From NCBI GenBank assembly GCA_039208735.1, contig JBCCQY010000164.1, forward strand, positions 1 to 21,535: a stretch of 21,535 nucleotides of DNA, written 5' to 3'. Every line of letters starts with the position of its first letter. Position 1 is the stretch's first letter. The notes under the pieces are model-generated. The model was not told the DNA's origin. It searched no databases and saw only the letters and a list, made by a program, of their open reading frames with translations. This DNA is from Myxococcota bacterium. GTDB lineage: Bacteria; Myxococcota_A; UBA796; GCA-2862545. Positions 20,443 to 21,535 of the stretch are shown piece by piece. Position numbers and translations under genes: made by a program.

Positions 20443-21535
20443 ATGGCCAAGCGAACCGAGCGGTATCTCGAGGTTGCAGAACAGTCGGTGCGCATCAGCT
20501 CACCCGACAAGCCCTGGTTCCCCGATGCGGGGCTCACCAAGTGGGACGTCGTTCAATACTGGCTCCAGGTCGCCGAGGGGGCCGTGCGCGGCGTCTGCGG
20601 GCGGCCCATGGCCCTCGAACGATTCGTCAAAGGCATGGCCGAGCCGCCGTTTTACCAAAAACGCGTGCCGAAGAACCGACCGGACTACGTCGAGACGGTG
20701 GTCCTGAAGTACCCGTCGGGGCGAAGTGCTGAAGAAATCGTCGTCCAGAATCTCGCACAGCTGCTGTACGTGGTGAACCTAGGGTGTTTTTCGCTGCATC
20801 CCCATGCGGTTCGCAAGGACGACCTTCATCATCCTGACGAGCTGCGTATCGATCTCGACCCCGTGCCTGGCGTGCCTTGGTCTCAGGTGCGGGATGTGGC
20901 GCTCGTGGTTCGTGAGGTGTTGCACGAGCACGAGCTTGTGGGGTGGCCCAAGACGTCGGGCAAACGCGGGCTGCACATCTGGGTGCGCATCGCTCCCCAA
21001 TGGACCTTCGATGAAGTCCGCAAGGCGGCGCTTGCCGTGGCTGTCGAAGTGGCACGACGAACGCCCGACCTCGCCACCGCAGCGTGGTGGAAGGAAGAGC
21101 GCCACGGCGTGTTCGTCGATTACAACCAAAATGCCAAGGACCACACGATGGCCGCAGCGTGGTCCGTCCGGCCCACTCCCCAAGCCCAGGTATCGATGCC
21201 CTTGTCGTGGGATGCCGTCCCGGACTCCGACCCCACGGCCTACACCGTCCGCACGGCTCCAGGACTCATCGCGGACCACGGCGACCCTCATGCGGCCATC
21301 GACGATGCCGTAGGGGACTTGACCTCGCTACTGGCACTGCGCGAAGACCAAGAACGAGACGCCCCAGACGACGACCCGAACCGTCCGGCCCCCACTGCGG
21401 GCCGCCGCACTTCGACCAAACCCTTGATCATCATTGGCGAATCCGACGATGAGGCGGCAGCGATGGCGGGGCTTGAACGATTCAAATCGGCCCACCCCAA
21501 GGTGGTCGAACACCTTGCCCCGCATCACGTGCTCG
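20443..21535 (+). CDS. Stand-alone LigD polymerase-domain / AEP primase-polymerase (PolD2-like), partial at the right edge
   Basis: Absent from the ORF track because there is no stop in the window. Manual translation from ATG 20443 (SD GGAGGAG) gives VRISSPDKPWFP..TKWD..RFVKG..FYQKR..HPDELRIDLDP..KTSGKRGLH..WWKEERHGVFVDYNQNAKD..WSVRP..VSMPLSWD. Confidence 0.93.
   Translation, partial: MAKRTERYLEVAEQSVRISSPDKPWFPDAGLTKWDVVQYWLQVAEGAVRGVCGRPMALERFVKGMAEPPFYQKRVPKNRPDYVETVVLKYPSGRSAEEIVVQNLAQLLYVVNLGCFSLHPHAVRKDDLHHPDELRIDLDPVPGVPWSQVRDVALVVREVLHEHELVGWPKTSGKRGLHIWVRIAPQWTFDEVRKAALAVAVEVARRTPDLATAAWWKEERHGVFVDYNQNAKDHTMAAAWSVRPTPQAQVSMPLSWDAVPDSDPTAYTVRTAPGLIADHGDPHAAIDDAVGDLTSLLALREDQERDAPDDDPNRPAPTAGRRTSTKPLIIIGESDDEAAAMAGLERFKSAHPKVVEHLAPHHVL

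Noticed and set aside
20474..21528. Several short ORFs from the track at the right edge
   Set aside because: All overlap the motif-rich primase-polymerase frame starting at 20443.

Overview
GC-rich (roughly two-thirds G+C) bacterial chromosomal window, most likely from a Myxococcota/deltaproteobacterial genome. This is inferred from the split atp operon with b' and b subunits, a MYXO-CTERM-like motif, and a MopE/TSP3/OmpA surface protein. From left to right: a partial hypothetical gene at the left edge (-); a DUF1990 protein and a YbjT-like NAD(P)-binding protein; the ATP synthase block b'-b-delta-alpha-gamma-beta-epsilon, with no a or c subunit genes; a small hypothetical protein; a minus-strand run of small OM beta-barrel, GST, ABC exporter and a divergent orphan MurF-like ligase; two convergent lipoproteins; a DUF2161 protein; a 1629-aa secreted surface protein; and a partial stand-alone LigD-Pol/PolD2-like primase-polymerase at the right edge. 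I found no RNA genes, CRISPR arrays or transposases. The most notable observations are: (1) the 1629-aa ORF looks like a two-product polyprotein, in which an internal MYXO-CTERM-like tag may double as a signal peptide for a downstream beta-barrel/OmpA protein; (2) three exported proteins have ultrashort, Trp-rich signal peptides of 10-11 aa; (3) ATP synthase subunit b has a periplasmic His-rich and DxDxDG Ca-binding-like extension; (4) the orphan MurF has altered substrate-recognition motifs. All family calls come from motif recognition by eye; no database searches were run.
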